A stretch of DNA of 63,994 nt, counting the filler, from Streblomastix strix (taxonomy: Eukaryota), in the NCBI GenBank assembly GCA_008636045.1. It is 4 parts of 4 records of this genome, joined end to end, with 100 filler letters (N's around TTAATTAATTAA, not from the genome) between each part and the next. Parts side by side here need not be neighbours in the genome. Positions count along the whole stretch, not along the records: positions 1 to 16,002 come from SNRW01000886.1; positions 16,103 to 32,099 come from SNRW01000887.1; 2 more parts are not named here. The stretch is one strand, 5' to 3'. Of this stretch, positions 13,918 to 27,119 are shown piece by piece; position 1 is the stretch's first letter; every line of letters starts with the position of its first letter. A model generated the notes under the pieces. The model did not search any database and was not told the origin of the DNA. It saw only the letters and a program-made list of their open reading frames with translations. Made by a program: the position numbers and the translations under genes.

Positions 13918-16002
13918 ATGAATCAGAGCCTCAATGCAATACTGAATACATTTAAGTAACATCACATCCGTTTTTTAGCGAATGAATTTAGAATTAGATG
14001 TGAGTTTCTCCGCAATGGTGTTCATAAAGTTTGCATCTATTCAAAATGTGACTGTGAAGGGGAATTACTGTGTAGCAAAAGGTCAAGCCACCGAAATATT
14101 CATTGCTGTGTAAAATATGAAGGAAACTTTTGTTAATGGGATAGAAGACTAGATAATATTGATTCGATCGAGTATGATTATTTAGGAGATAATTTATAGA
14201 GTTTAAAAATTCAATTAAGTTCAGATTCTATCATTGATGCACTTGAAGATCTGCATAAAGTTCACGGAGTATCATTTGAAGTGTGCATTTCATCTTAAAT
14301 GCTTAGAGTAATCAAAACTTCATTAGGATTATAAAAAACATTTCCAGATGAAAATCCTGATTCTTTATCACCAAAGATAACTATTTATAAACTAAAAGAA
14401 AAAATGGTTTAGAAAGCACATTCGAAATGTATTGAAATGTTGAGAGTATTTTATAATAAGAAAGGCACATTTATTCTTGATGCAGGAATGATGTCTCATA
14501 TTCATGCTGTTCCAATGTGTCTATTTCATCCATTAATTTTTCCAGAACTAACACTTTTATCTATAAATACTGAACCTTGCACAGCTGATGGATTTTTCAA
14601 GACTTATAGCTTTAACAACACTAGATTTGTAGCAATTCAAAATAGGGGTTGGAGGAGCCACAACAGATGGTGGTTCATCGTATATATCAGCGTTATCACC
14701 ATTTTTTAAACAAAACTACTCTAGATTTCTACCAAAAAGGCTGTAAAATCCAATTAAAAACAGATGTGCTGATCATTTGCTTGACAGAGCTCTAAAAAAT
14801 GCTATTGATATGCATTACGACATTTATGGTAAGGTAACAATCATGGATGAAGATATAAGTTCATTACATTCATAATCGAATTCTAAAGAACTTGGTATTT
14901 ATTTAAAATCTTATTGTAATACAAGTTGGATTGGAATGTTTCTCGCTACTGAGCAAGTAATTGATCATTCTGAAGAAATTATATAATTGAGATCAAGTAG
15001 AAAATATAATTCTATTAAATTTGCTCCACATTTTTACTATTTGACTAAGCCATTATTTGAAACAACGAGTGTTCTTGAGTCTAATACATCCCAAGTCTCA
15101 AATGTTTTCCCATTAGCCGTTTTTCTACTTATTCATTATTATCATCTTTCAGTTACAATCTTTAACTATGAGCCATGGCTCTCATTCATCTAAACACTTT
15201 GCATGAATATATTTTTCTACTTCTTTGGTGATGATCGCAAAGATTTATTTGCTTGTGCCTTCGCATTTAGTTACTCGGGGAAGAAATTGATGGAATAGCG
15301 ACATTTAGGAATGATCAGTTCTACAACTTAGTCTTTTAAATTAATTTTAGGATCAATGAATTATGTTTCAGAAATTATTCCACCTCTACCATTCTTTGAT
15401 ATCAAATCAATTCAATTTTCTCAGAAACCGGATAAGTATCCTGAGCACAGAATACTTAAATAAAAAGTTGAAAATGCATATCATTTAGCCATATCTCAAA
15501 TTCAAATACCAGATCCCACTGCTCCTTGTTTTATTTTTGTTCAAAAAATCAATTGGTACTCAAGATGCTTAGATTATCTTAAAAGGATTTCTATTTGCTT
15601 TTATCATTAAGAATTGAAAGATTACGCATTATCAAGGCATTAATAAAATCAAAATTAATCTAAATAATGGGAATAAACTCTAATTATATGACTGAAATTG
15701 AGTCATCACATCCAATTTTATGAAGAAGAAACAAACCAATAAATATATCAATTATATAAATCAGAATAAGAATAAAATGGGAAACTACAATTCATCAACT
15801 GTCAAGAATTGAATGAAACAGATGATCAATAAATGTTTTCATCGATTAATTAATAGAATAAATTCAAACAAGAATAGCCATTTTCAAATTCACCAATGGA
15901 AAAAGATATTGAAGATACCAAATAAATTGAAAGAAAATCAAATAATTCAATTCATTGAACCCAGATTCTTCAAGATATTTAACCGAAATTGCCTCCTAAT
16001 TT
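13918..16002 (+). mobile_element. hAT-superfamily DNA transposase, frameshifted and truncated by the contig end
   Basis: Cys/His-rich N-terminus (BED-like); TFILDAG (first catalytic D); GATTDGGSSY (second D); RCADHLLDRALK (CxxH motif); CNTSWIGMF (TRW-like); LTKPLFETTSVLES. Several frameshifts. Confidence 0.8.
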
Positions 16003-16102
16003 NNNNNNNNNNNNNNNNNNNNNNNNNNNNNNNNNNNNNNNNNNNNTTAATTAATTAANNNNNNNNNNNNNNNNNNNNNNNNNNNNNNNNNNNNNNNNNN
16101 NN
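16003..16102. other. Artificial contig linker (N44-TTAATTAATTAA-N44)
   Basis: Exactly 100 nt with a core that is a six-frame stop in the standard code; identical to the other two gaps. Confidence 0.95.
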
Positions 16103-16433
16103 AAGATATATTTGATTGTGTTACTTATTATTAATAAATTAGCATCACAAGTAATAAATTCATTAAAAAAGCTTATAAATTAATAGAATGGAACTAATAT
16201 GAGAGGAGACGGTGAAAGATCTTTCAATGGTAAGGAAGTATAATGGTTCTTAGAAGAGTAAAGAATTATGAGTTTTTTCACAGATTCATAGTTCATATAA
16301 CACAATAGAATAGTTGATTCAGTTGTGAAACAATTCGTAATAGAGTTGGCACAAGTAGTAATGATTTTGCTGATCCTAAAAAATTATAATAATTAGTTTA
16401 TATCTAAAACAAGACGCCGTATTTAGCTCATGA
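16103..16433 (+). pseudogene. Decayed C-terminal (dimerisation-domain) fragment of a hAT transposase
   Basis: DCVTYYQQISITSNKFIKKAYKLIE...GDGERSF resembles the hAT ERxFS motif carrying the third catalytic Glu; frameshifted. Confidence 0.5.
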
Positions 16434-16869
16434 TAAAAAATTTTCACTTGTAGAAATCTAATATAATTCTTATATTGAAGGGGCATTCATTAGAATTAAA
16501 AAATAAAAATTAAATAAAATAAAGTAAAATATAAAATGCATAAGAATTGATAAATTTTAAAATTGGTAATATATTAATGATTCATCTAGATTTATCAAGG
16601 ACTGTATTCTTATACATGAAACGCAGAAGATAGTTTAATGATCTAGCAACATTCATAGAATATAAGAATGGAAATGTAATATTTAAACTATTACGATAAT
16701 TCATATAATAACAATGAAAATTTTCATTAATTGATGTGTCAAAATATTGTTCTAAGAAAATTAATAAAAAACATAGAATTGTTACGGTAACTCTATATAT
16801 ATGAGGGTTTGATATTTTCGTCGGAATCAAAGTTGCTATAAAATTTTGAAAAATATCAAATGTTCATTC

Positions 16870-19800
16870 ATACATATAGAAAGTAGCATCAACTCTAAAA
16901 AATTTGAGGTGCGCGTGGATATGATTATCCTTTTGAAATATAACTTTCAATTATTATCATTTTATCAACAACCCCAGTTAATGCCGACTTACTTTTTTTT
17001 ATCATTGACATCACTCAATTTTTCAATTAAATTTATTTAATAAGAACTTATACATTTGAATTATTTTCAGTACAATTAATATAATCATATCTTGTCAAAC
17101 CACTATTTTTTTCACTCATACACTTCATTCTTACTACGTCATCAACATCATCATCATCATCTTTTTTATTACCGATAGCAGAATAGCATTTGGGAACTAG
17201 ACAAATAATATCTTCTCTCCATGATTCGATAGCACAACCAAGTTGTTTCTTTTCTTGAGCAATCGAACATCCTTCCCAAGGCAACCACTCTTTATAATGT
17301 TCATGCAAAAACTATTGATCTTTAATTGCATATTTGAATCATTGTTTATTTCCTTCAATAGTTGAACCACTAATAGCTAGGTACGTAGAGTTAGTATCCG
17401 TACAGCAGAAATGAACTCTATAAATGTTAATTCACTTGAATAGGAAGAAGTAAATGATGCATAAATACCTGAACTTTGAATTGTCTTAAGTGAAGAAATT
17501 ATCTTATAAACATTTATAAGCAGAGAATAAATCTGTATTAATTGATACAAGATAATAGTCATCACAAATCTTTTGTTTGTTAATGAGACCTTTATTCAAC
17601 TTTTTTTTGAAAAATTTAATGTTTATTATAGATATCAATCTTATCAAATTTCTCATTGTTCTAACCTTCTGTTCCGTATAAATTATTCACTACATTTTTT
17701 AAAATAAAGTTATTTGGCTTAGTTACCTTCTCTCATTGCTTACTAAAGTTTCTCAGCCATCATTTCTATAAATGATTTGAAAGCAGTATGTTTGCTGAAT
17801 AATTCTATCCCTTCAAAATCATCAATTATAAAATTACAATAATCAATTAATAACCAAAGGTAGTAACTAGGGAACGGCATAAATTCATCACGAGTTGATA
17901 AATGTGAAGTTAATTTAATAATTATATTATTTATAGTTATTCTTTATTTTTTCAACTGTTCATATATGAATTTTCCAATAGTTTTTTTATCTGTTTTATA
18001 TAATCTCTTTCTCCAAATATGTAGAAAGTTAATATATTTGTTAATGTGATTCTTATTCATATATCTCTTCATTTATGTTACGAATAATTATCCTTTTTTC
18101 TTCAGAGAATCGATATTTTTAGTTAATTATTTTCATAATCTCATTTCGTTTGATGTTTCGATAATTCTAGTCATTAGCTTCACGTATTTGAAAGTGTTTC
18201 GTAACTCTACCAAGCATTAATATCTTACCTCCTGAATAAGTATTATTTTTATATTAAATTCTGCTGAAAGCACTTGGATATAAAGAATTAAAATCTAAAT
18301 CTAAAATAAGCATGATTATATTATCTAAAATATAAGCTGTTACCTCATTTTTATCAGAATTATATCGTAATTTATATAAGTGAATTAGCCTCTTTATATT
18401 ATATTAATGGAATACTTAACTTAAACCACCATGGATAGATTTTCGTAAAAATCAATAAACTTCTTCATTATCTGCAGTTATTTGCAGATTCTTAATATAA
18501 ACATACTTATATATCTATATCAATAATTTTGCAACATCAGCATCTTTATTTGATCATGTAGAGTTACATAACAAACAAGTCAATTTACTGTTATCCTTAT
18601 TATGATATGTGTTATTGTCGATTCATTCAAGAGTAGGCTTATTTACACTAGTGAACTTTGCTCGACAGTAGCAACATTTATTTGTAATCAATTCATTAAA
18701 CCGATCTATGTCGTCAGCGGTTACGCTATTAGTTGTATCTCTTCCTGCTTTGATATTCTTTTGCAAATAAGATTGAACTTCCTTATTCCATTTTTCTTAA
18801 TAAAATTTATATTCTTTGTTTCCTCTTTCAATATTATAATCTCCATTTATGTCGAAATCTTACCAAGAATAGTTACACTTTATGGAATTAGTGATTTAGG
18901 ATAATGAGATCTAAGATAGCATATCAATACCTTATTACCAGTATAAATCTATTAAATTATTGATTAGAGCAAACATACGCTCTACCTCACGATTGCTGTA
19001 GTAATTAAGATATGTTCATCTATCTTTAAATTTTCTATTACAATATTCGTCTAATCTGTTGAAATCTTCAGAATATTCTTAATATTCTTTATCATTAATA
19101 TTTTTTCGACTAATTCAATTATAAAAATCCTTATGTTCAAATGGTACAGTTGATGATAAAAATTTATTGTAATTATTTTATGTTTAAAGCACTATGTGGA
19201 AACTTACGTTTAATTAGCTTAGTTTCTTTACCATATATTTGAACGAAATTGTCAAGAGTTGTTAGTGGAATTAATGTAAGAACATCTTTGAAAACTAGTT
19301 CGAACTGATAATCCGTATTTCTAATTACAATTTATTATTATTGAGTAGTTGGTTCGAGGTAAGCGTTATTTTAAAATTTAATTTTATGAAACGAAACTAG
19401 ATACGGAAAAATGATATTAAAATCAATCTTCTTAGAGTTGAGTCCAAAGATTGCTATTTAGCTTATTCTTTATTAATGTTTTTGTTTTTGATATTCATTA
19501 TCGAATTCAACTACTGGTTCACACGCCAAATTAGCTTCATTAACCACATTCGCTAGTTCCAACAATTGCTCTATAAATTTGTCCATGAAATCATATATTC
19601 TAGAATCAAGGTATTTTGATTATATTTTATTAATTAAAACACCAAGAATAATAAATAGAGGTTGTAATTATGAGTAAATTGATTTATCATCTTGATCCTT
19701 ATCATCAATAGTTTCAGTATCGGTAGATATGTAATTTTTTGTTGGTTGTAGTATATCGCTTCCCCCATATTCTTAATCCTTGAGGAATAGTTTTGTTTTA

Positions 19801-20870
19801 CCTGTAGCGAATAGCTTTTTAATTGATTTATTTTATTTGAGATGCGACATAAATGGTTATGATAATTTATCAAGTTTTTGATGCTTTTATTAGTCATGAC
19901 CTTTACATTATTCTAGATGACTCTTTTAATCTCTTCCAAAGTTAGCGCTATACCGATTGAATAATGTTTGGTTACATTTCTTGCATAAGTATATACCTAC
20001 TACTCGATCGATATCTTTTATAAACATAGCGTGAACTTAAGGATTCTCACCTATTTGAATCGATAATGGTGCAAATAGAATATGTGTAGTACAATAGTTT
20101 TAATTATCAATAAATTCACTAATTTTATTGTATTATTTTTCAGAGTGATCATATTCTTAAGTCATCTCGTTAAGTATGAAGCATTATTAGAATTTTTCTA
20201 GATCTACATCTTAACTGAATCCTTCATACTCTTTCAATCATAAATTTTATTATTTACTTAATTTTCCTCCTTCCTTATGAATTTAGTCATAAAACTGTAA
20301 AAGTAAATCAATAGAATTAACCATTCGTGTTTTTGTTCAATTTATTTCTGGATAAAGTTAAAATGAAGCTGCGATAAACAAACAAATACTATGTTCGCAA
20401 TCGATTGATCTAATATAATTATGATTATTTAACCATTATATTTCAGGTTTTAATTTTATTCCAAGAGGTAATTTATAAACAATAATAACAAACGAATAAA
20501 ATGTTACTTTTCTAGAATATGATTCTTACCGAAGTGGAGATTAATCTTCAAGAATCATATCGTGTATTCGATCTTTGAATAGTTTGAACGAAGAATTGTC
20601 GCATTTGATTATTGGATAATTTTTATGAGAAATTTCTAATAATGGTTTATAATAATGATAACTAAAGTTATTTTTGATTCCTTTCTTGGTGTTTGTAGAT
20701 TCAGTAGTTTACCAGATACTTCCAAAATCTGCAACTATCATATATATTTTTCAATTATGTAACTCATTTACCTGCACTAATTTTTCATCAAATAGTCGTT
20801 ATTTTCCAAAACAATCACATATAATATTTTTTTATAACTGTATTTATTTGTATTTATTTTGTTGATACAT
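16870..20870 (-). pseudogene. Polinton-type family B DNA polymerase (copy 1), many stops and frameshifts
   Basis: GLNSKKIDFN (Exo II-like), KSIHGGLSQVFH, LDLDFNSLYPS (motif A), KKQLGCAIE...LVPKCYS, KSALTG. Boundaries approximate. Confidence 0.85.
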
Positions 20871-21444
20871 AATATTTAAACAAGTTAATTCTTGAATATT
20901 GATACAAAATTTTTCTTTTAAAAATTACATATAAGTAGCTAATGAAAAAGATCAATGCCCTTACTTTGATAAACATCAAGATTTGTCCATACCAGAAACA
21001 TATATTGTAATATTGCAAATTGTTGCTATATGATAATGAATCGTTTTATCCAGTCTCCAAAATCAAACAATAAATTTGATGTTAATAAAGTTATTCGGAT
21101 AAATTTATTAATTATTATGTTTAAAAATATCTTTACTAATATAAAATAATCGTTATGATTTATGATGTGCGTTAATGATAAAATAATAATTGATCTCATT
21201 TCTAAAACCCACAAATGAACAGGATTTAAGCAATGTTTTGGGCATTGGTCTTTTCATTAACTACTCGTTCAGAGCTAACTTGTGTTTGCTAGTTGAGTGG
21301 ATAAATGAGATGAATTGCCATTGTGCATCGAGTGCATTGAGTGCATTGGGTCATAAACTGACACATAAAGTTGCTGCCATATTAGCTATTTTGCTATAAA
21401 TTTGAACTGTTGGTAAATCGATTGAATTACTTTAAATGAAAAGC

Positions 21445-21512
21445 AAGACAAATAAGATAAGATAAAACAGAAAAATAAAAGACACCAAATGTTGCAGGAT
21501 AGATGGACAGTT
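21445..21512 (+). repeat. Copy of the AAGAC-rich element motif upstream of the helicase
   Basis: AAGACAAATAAGATAAG...ACAGAAAAAT...GTTGCAGGATAGATGGACAGTT aligns with the reverse complement of 24570-24630 and directly with 24356-24419. Confidence 0.7.
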
Positions 21513-21583
21513 TTAAAATCTAACTCAAAACTTTATATTTTTTGATCAATTTTAACATTTTATCTTTCAAAAAAATAACATAA

Positions 21584-24219
21584 TTGGATAACAACACTGA
21601 AGACAGTAAACTTATTGAATCAATCTTAAGCGAATCAACTGAAAAGAATATTAAATGTATGACACTTGAGAAAAGACCAAAAAGACAATATACACGCAAA
21701 TCGAAAACAAATGGGAAAGCTAAAGTATTAATTGATCAGATGACTAATGCACAGTCTAAAAAATAGACAAATGAATAAGAACAAATTAATAAATAATCTG
21801 ATTATAAAAGTGATTTCGAACTATTATATGAAGTATTTTCTGAATGTTTCACTAAATCTAATGAATAAATATATTCTAAAACAGTTAATGAGAGAATTGA
21901 TGGAGCAATCATTGATTTATATAAATATAGAAAATTCGCTGAACCTAAACTAAAAATAAATAATTAACGGGATATGTTATTGATTTGAACTTGTGCAAAG
22001 GCTATAATTAATACATTATTGATTTTGATATTGATTATGCAGGCAAATTGAATGAAGAAGAAAAAGAGAAAATACGATAAAATATAATCAATAACATGCT
22101 TCCAAAGAATGTTGGTTTGGTTCTAATTGCATGAGGTGGAATACATGCATAATGTAATAGGAATAGATATAAATTACCTTCGAACAGAAATGAAGAAGGT
22201 GTTGTATATGATGATCATCTTTAAAATGATATCTTTGCATAGATATGCACGTATAAAGATGGTGAAATTGTTGCTAATCGAGTAGTACTGCTAAATAGCA
22301 AAGTAAGAATCATGGAAAAAAGAATCTAGAAAAAAGAGGTATTTCATTATAAAGAACTTAATGGTTGGTCTAATGCTCATCATTTAGCTTCCTTACATAA
22401 TATTCTTGATTATTGGAATATAGATCTAACTGCAAAAGATGATAATATTTCTAACAAAGTTTCATAAGATTTTACACTTGAAATAATACCAATTGAAATA
22501 GCTGATGCATGTTTTTAATGCTTGAAAGGATTAACGATGCATAATGATACAAACACATCAGCAATAGAGATTGGTTTACTTCCATTATTCATGAGACTAA
22601 ATGGATTAGAATAAATAAAAGATAATGAGTACAAAGAAGATGCATATACAACTGTTTATAGAAATAATATTCTCACACCTAACGCAAATGAACATTGGAG
22701 TGATAGAAAATGAAGATATTCCAGTAGAGCTAATGCATGGATATTAAAGAAAATTATTAAATTTCATAGCAAAGAATTTTATGAAACAACCCTTAAACCT
22801 TTGCTCAAAAAGAGATTACAAGATAAAAATGAATCAAAACATAATATAAAATTGGAAACGATTGAAAAATAAAGAATTGATATCAATGATTCATTTATAT
22901 TTGGCAATATAAGTGAGAAAGAAACAAGATGAGAATATAAAAAAGAAGCTGATATTGCTACTGATTTAACTAAGGTAATTAAATACAATGCAGGTGAATC
23001 TGGATTAGTTTTTATAATCAAAGAATATGATGCTTAATAAGAAACTAACGTAATGCACTATAAAACAAAGACTAACGAATATGAACAAATGTATATAATT
23101 TGATTACGGGATGATGGTAAAAAACTTATAACAATAAAAAATATTTTCGAAAAAAATAGTGGATAATATGATGTTGAAGGAGATAGATTCAATTCAGATA
23201 ATCCGAAAGTATTCAATGTCTTTCAAGGATATATGTATGAAAAATTAGAATAAATAGATGAATCAAAAATAGATATGTTCATTAATGATCTGATATATGG
23301 AACAATAGCAGGATGAAACAAAGAGGTTTTTGAATATTTTCTTAATTGGATTGCATTCATTGCACAAAATGCTGTATAAAAAATTAGAACATCTATCATT
23401 CTTAAAGGATTATAGAGAATTGGTAAAAATAGATTCACCGATGTTATTTCAGAAATGTTCTCACGATAAATTCAACCAAATATATCAATAATTGAAGAAT
23501 TTACAGGAACATTCTATTCAATTGTTGAAAATGTAATGCTTGCAGTTTTAACCGAAAAGATGAATTATAATGATTCCAAGAAATGTACTGCACAAGCAAT
23601 GAAGACAATAATTACAGATAAAATTATAAGAATTAATGACAAAAATTAACCACGAAGATGAGCTGAGAATGTAATCAATACTATAATGGTAACTAACAAT
23701 AATTACCAAACCTAATTAGACAATAGTAATGGACGCTACTTAGTAGTTAAATGCAAAGCACTTCATAAAGGAGATCATGAGTATTTTAATAAGCTAAACA
23801 AAGGAAAGGATAAAGAGTTTTATGACAATTCATTAACATTCTTCCTAAATAGAGATATCTCAAAGTTTGATCCAACTGATATTCCTTTGACTGATGCAAA
23901 AAAATAATTGCTAAATGTTAGTCGAACACAAGTTTATGATATTATTATCTAAAACTATTAGAAATTTATAGATTATATTCCAATATCAGAAGTAAGCTAA
24001 ACGAAACCACATAACGGGAATGAATGAACTTTCAAGCATTCGATCTTGCAAAAATGCTCTGAGAAAAGAATATATATTAATAAAAAATAAGTTAAAGTAT
24101 ATATATTACTTGAAGAAAATTATTCAGTTTATGAAAATATGATGTATGATCTAAATAATGAAGAATAACGCGAGAAATAAGAGAAAATAGAAAATACAAC
24201 TGAATATTTTACAGAATGA
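21584..24219 (+). pseudogene. AEP-type primase fused to D5-like SF3 helicase, with several in-frame TGA
   Basis: IIDFDID and A*GGIHA (AEP motifs I and II); FLNWIAFIAQ...IILKGLQRIGKNRF (Walker A-like); AMKTIITD...INDKNQP; IMVTNN (motif C); GRYLVV. Confidence 0.85.
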
Positions 24220-24280
24220 ATGAATATTATTTTTGTCCACGAGTTGAGGAAAATTAATGTGAAATACTTTTTGTGACAGA

Positions 24281-24709
24281 TTCTGTCTTATTCTGTCTTA
24301 ATAATATTAGTGATATTCATAAGCCATGGAGATTTAATGTGAAATACTTGTTGTGACCGAAAAGACAGGACAAGACAGAATAAATTTATCAACTAAAGTT
24401 GATGGACAGATGGACAGTTGGACAAATTATAAAAAATCTTATATGATGTATAGTAGACGTATTAGAATCAAAATGTTTCATATATCTTTACGGATTATGT
24501 TTATTCTAAGCAATAATATTCATTCAAATAAGTTTGATGTCGAAATAAAGATAAAATCTAAATCTATTTAACTATCCATCTGCCATGCAACTTTTGTTGT
24601 CTCTCATTTTTCTGTCTTGTCTTGTCTTTCGGTCTTGTATTGAATTTAGATCTAATTCTCCATGGCTAATGAACATCAGATTTAAAAGTAAAAGACAAAT
24701 AAGACAGAA
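24281..24709. repeat. ~140-bp imperfect inverted repeat pair with ~150-bp spacer
   Basis: 24281-24419 (TTCTGTCTTA...AGCCATGGAGA...GACCGAAAAGACAGGACAAGACAGAA...GATGGACAGTT) matches the reverse complement of 24570-24709. Confidence 0.85.
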
Positions 24710-24791
24710 ATATTGAAAGTGGACATTTTGATTCAATTACTTCGATTATCTCACACATTAGTCAAACTATTAATGCAAAAATAAATCGTAT

Positions 24792-25202
24792 TCAATGAGT
24801 ATTTAGTTACTTATAACGATCAATTATTTCATTGATTTGAAGTAAATCGTGTACGTAAGTTATAATCGTTTTCTAAAGACGTCGAATCAAGAGGAGTACA
24901 AATCGTTGGCAAATATTCGGAATTCTTATCGCCGAATTCTATATTTTTTTGTGTACGGGATCGTTACTCTGCGGCAATACGTTCTGCATCTTCCTGTGAA
25001 CTATATTTTTTAGGTCTTCCTCGAGATTCTATTATATCTTATTCATGTTATGTTTATGAAAGAGGAGTAACATTAAGTGATTGTTCAATTATAGGAACAT
25101 GAATGACTTCATCAATATAACTTGATTATGTTTTAATCAATTACGGAACTGCTTTCTTCGAATATCTTTTACAGATTTTTTTGTTTCACTGATAGTTTGC
25201 AT
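24792..25202 (-). CDS. Small basic putative DNA-binding protein with AT-hook-like motif (3' part disrupted)
   Basis: MQTISETKKSVKRYSKK...SRGRPKKYSSQEDAERIAAEQRSRTQKKYRIRRQEFR; in-frame TGA near 24887. Confidence 0.6.
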
Positions 25203-25279
25203 TTGCTTTTTATAAAAATTTCAATTAAATATATTAAAATTATTTTTATAATTTGCTGATAACTAATTTTTATTATCAC

Positions 25280-26380
25280 TAATTAATTTACAATTATATA
25301 TTGGTAGCACAATAATATTAATTTTATCAAATGAAATCAATAATTTAAAAGCAAAATTACCGTTCGTATAAGTAATGGATGTAGCTAACTCATTGAATTA
25401 ATGAATTTATTTCAAAAATCTTATAGGTAATCTAGAGAAATCAATGTGAATCATTAATATATTTCCACCTTTGAAATTTTAAAATTCTCTTATTATTTAC
25501 TTATCATCACCTGTTCCAATTATGCTTATTTTTAACGAATGAATTTGCATTCTAATTCTCTATTATACTACATTTATTTTGGAGTAAATCTGTTCATATA
25601 TGCGAGATGATGTGTTTTATTATAAGTCTCTACCATTTATTTCATCTAAGTCGGTATTGTAAATTTTTATAAATCTTATCCAAATCCGTTTCTAATTGTG
25701 CGAATGACGCTATCAACATCTCTGTTATATTATTTAAATGGAGATCCTATAAAATACAATGAAATCTTATTATATTCACAACATTATCTAATAATAATTG
25801 CTTTAAATCCAATTTCATCATCACCTCTAATATTGTTAACGTAAACTTATTTAATAAGTTTCTTTAATAGAGCTAATATAAATGTTGCATTCCTCTCATC
25901 AACAATTAATAGAATGATAACTAAATATTTAATATTAATTTTAGTCGCAAACAAATAATGTTTTCTTCTTCATGTTACAGGATTCATACCAACTACAAGA
26001 TCAATCTCCAAAGATCCAAGTTTTGGAGAAAAATATTGGCATTAGAATTTGTTTAATGGCTTCACTTTATTATCTTTGATTTACATTGGATTTGTTATCT
26101 TCACATTATTAATTTTTTCATATAATTTGATCTTTAATTTGAAAGGGAAAATTGAAAGTGCGACTGGAAGTTAACCAATTTTCTTAATTTGTTCCGTAAC
26201 ATGATATCTGTTGATATCTTAATTTCTGATAGATTTAGGTCGTCATAATGGTACAATATACTTTACTGCTTCTGTTCAATATATTTCGAACCTTTCAAAA
26301 AGAGTCTTTCCACCATTCTATATTTCATCTACATTATTAATTAAAACATTTTATTCAACATTACTAAGATTTATTCTCAT
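25280..26380 (-). pseudogene. Retroviral-type (rve/DDE) integrase of a Polinton-like element
   Basis: YFSPKLGSLEIDLV (D1), HYLFA.KINIKYL, NNIRGDDEIGF (D2), GSPFKQYNRDVDSVIRTIRN. In-frame TGAs and frameshifts; 3' end approximate. Confidence 0.8.
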
Positions 26381-26429
26381 ATTTGATACAAACTCTGCAA
26401 ATTTCATTAAATAATTATTTGAATTCACT

Positions 26430-26730
26430 AAATATGTGAGTTACGGCTACATATTATGTGATTCTAATTCAATTTATTCATCTGTTTATACAAATCTTTC
26501 TAACAACAATTAGTAAATTTAATCCTAGTTAACTTATCAATCTTTGATCATTTTATATTCATAAATAATTATAGACATCAGTGACAAATCTTTGGCTCAC
26601 ATGCATATTTGATAGCTGCATCCCAAATAATCTTAAAGATAGCGTGCCAATCAATATGGAGCTATTCATGCGCATCAATTGCGATAGTAATGTAAGCAGA
26701 TAATGGTTCAAATAATGATTCAAATAGCAT
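26430..26730 (-). pseudogene. Small element ORF of unknown function
   Basis: MLFESLFEPLSAYITIAIDAHEQLHIDWHAIFKIIWDAAIKYACEPKIC..., packed between two other element genes. Confidence 0.4.
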
Positions 26731-26754
26731 TTTCATTAGCTAAAAATAAATCAA

Positions 26755-27095
26755 TCATTCATTAATCTTTTTGACAATCTCTTCTAGGTTTTCCATGTAA
26801 TTATTTCTAGCATTATTATAATCCTCTATCATATTAAATAATCTATTTTGATTAGTATTTTTTTTTTATATTTAATTCAATTATTTCTTTCTACAATTTT
26901 TATTTTAATAATCCTTGCATTGATGTTTCTTGTTATTTATTAATTTTAGCATCTTTTTTTTTCGCAATTGTCCAATCCTTCAAGTAACATTTATATTTGC
27001 ATTGATAACTTACATAAAGCTCTTGTTTCTTATATTGATTATATATACTGATTAAGAGTATTAATTATTTCGTCTTCCTTTTCTTGCTTACTCAT
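26755..27095 (-). pseudogene. Small coiled-coil element ORF of unknown function (frameshifted)
   Basis: MSKQEKEDENNQ...NRLFNMIEDYNNARNNYMENLEEIVKKINE*; starts about 25 nt after the PolB2 stop. Confidence 0.4.
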
Positions 27096-27119
27096 TTAAA
27101 TAAAGCAAAAATGATAAGA

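Noticed and set aside
16047..16058. TTAATTAATTAA palindrome inside N runs as a biological motif
   Set aside because: Identical in all three gaps; a synthetic stop linker.
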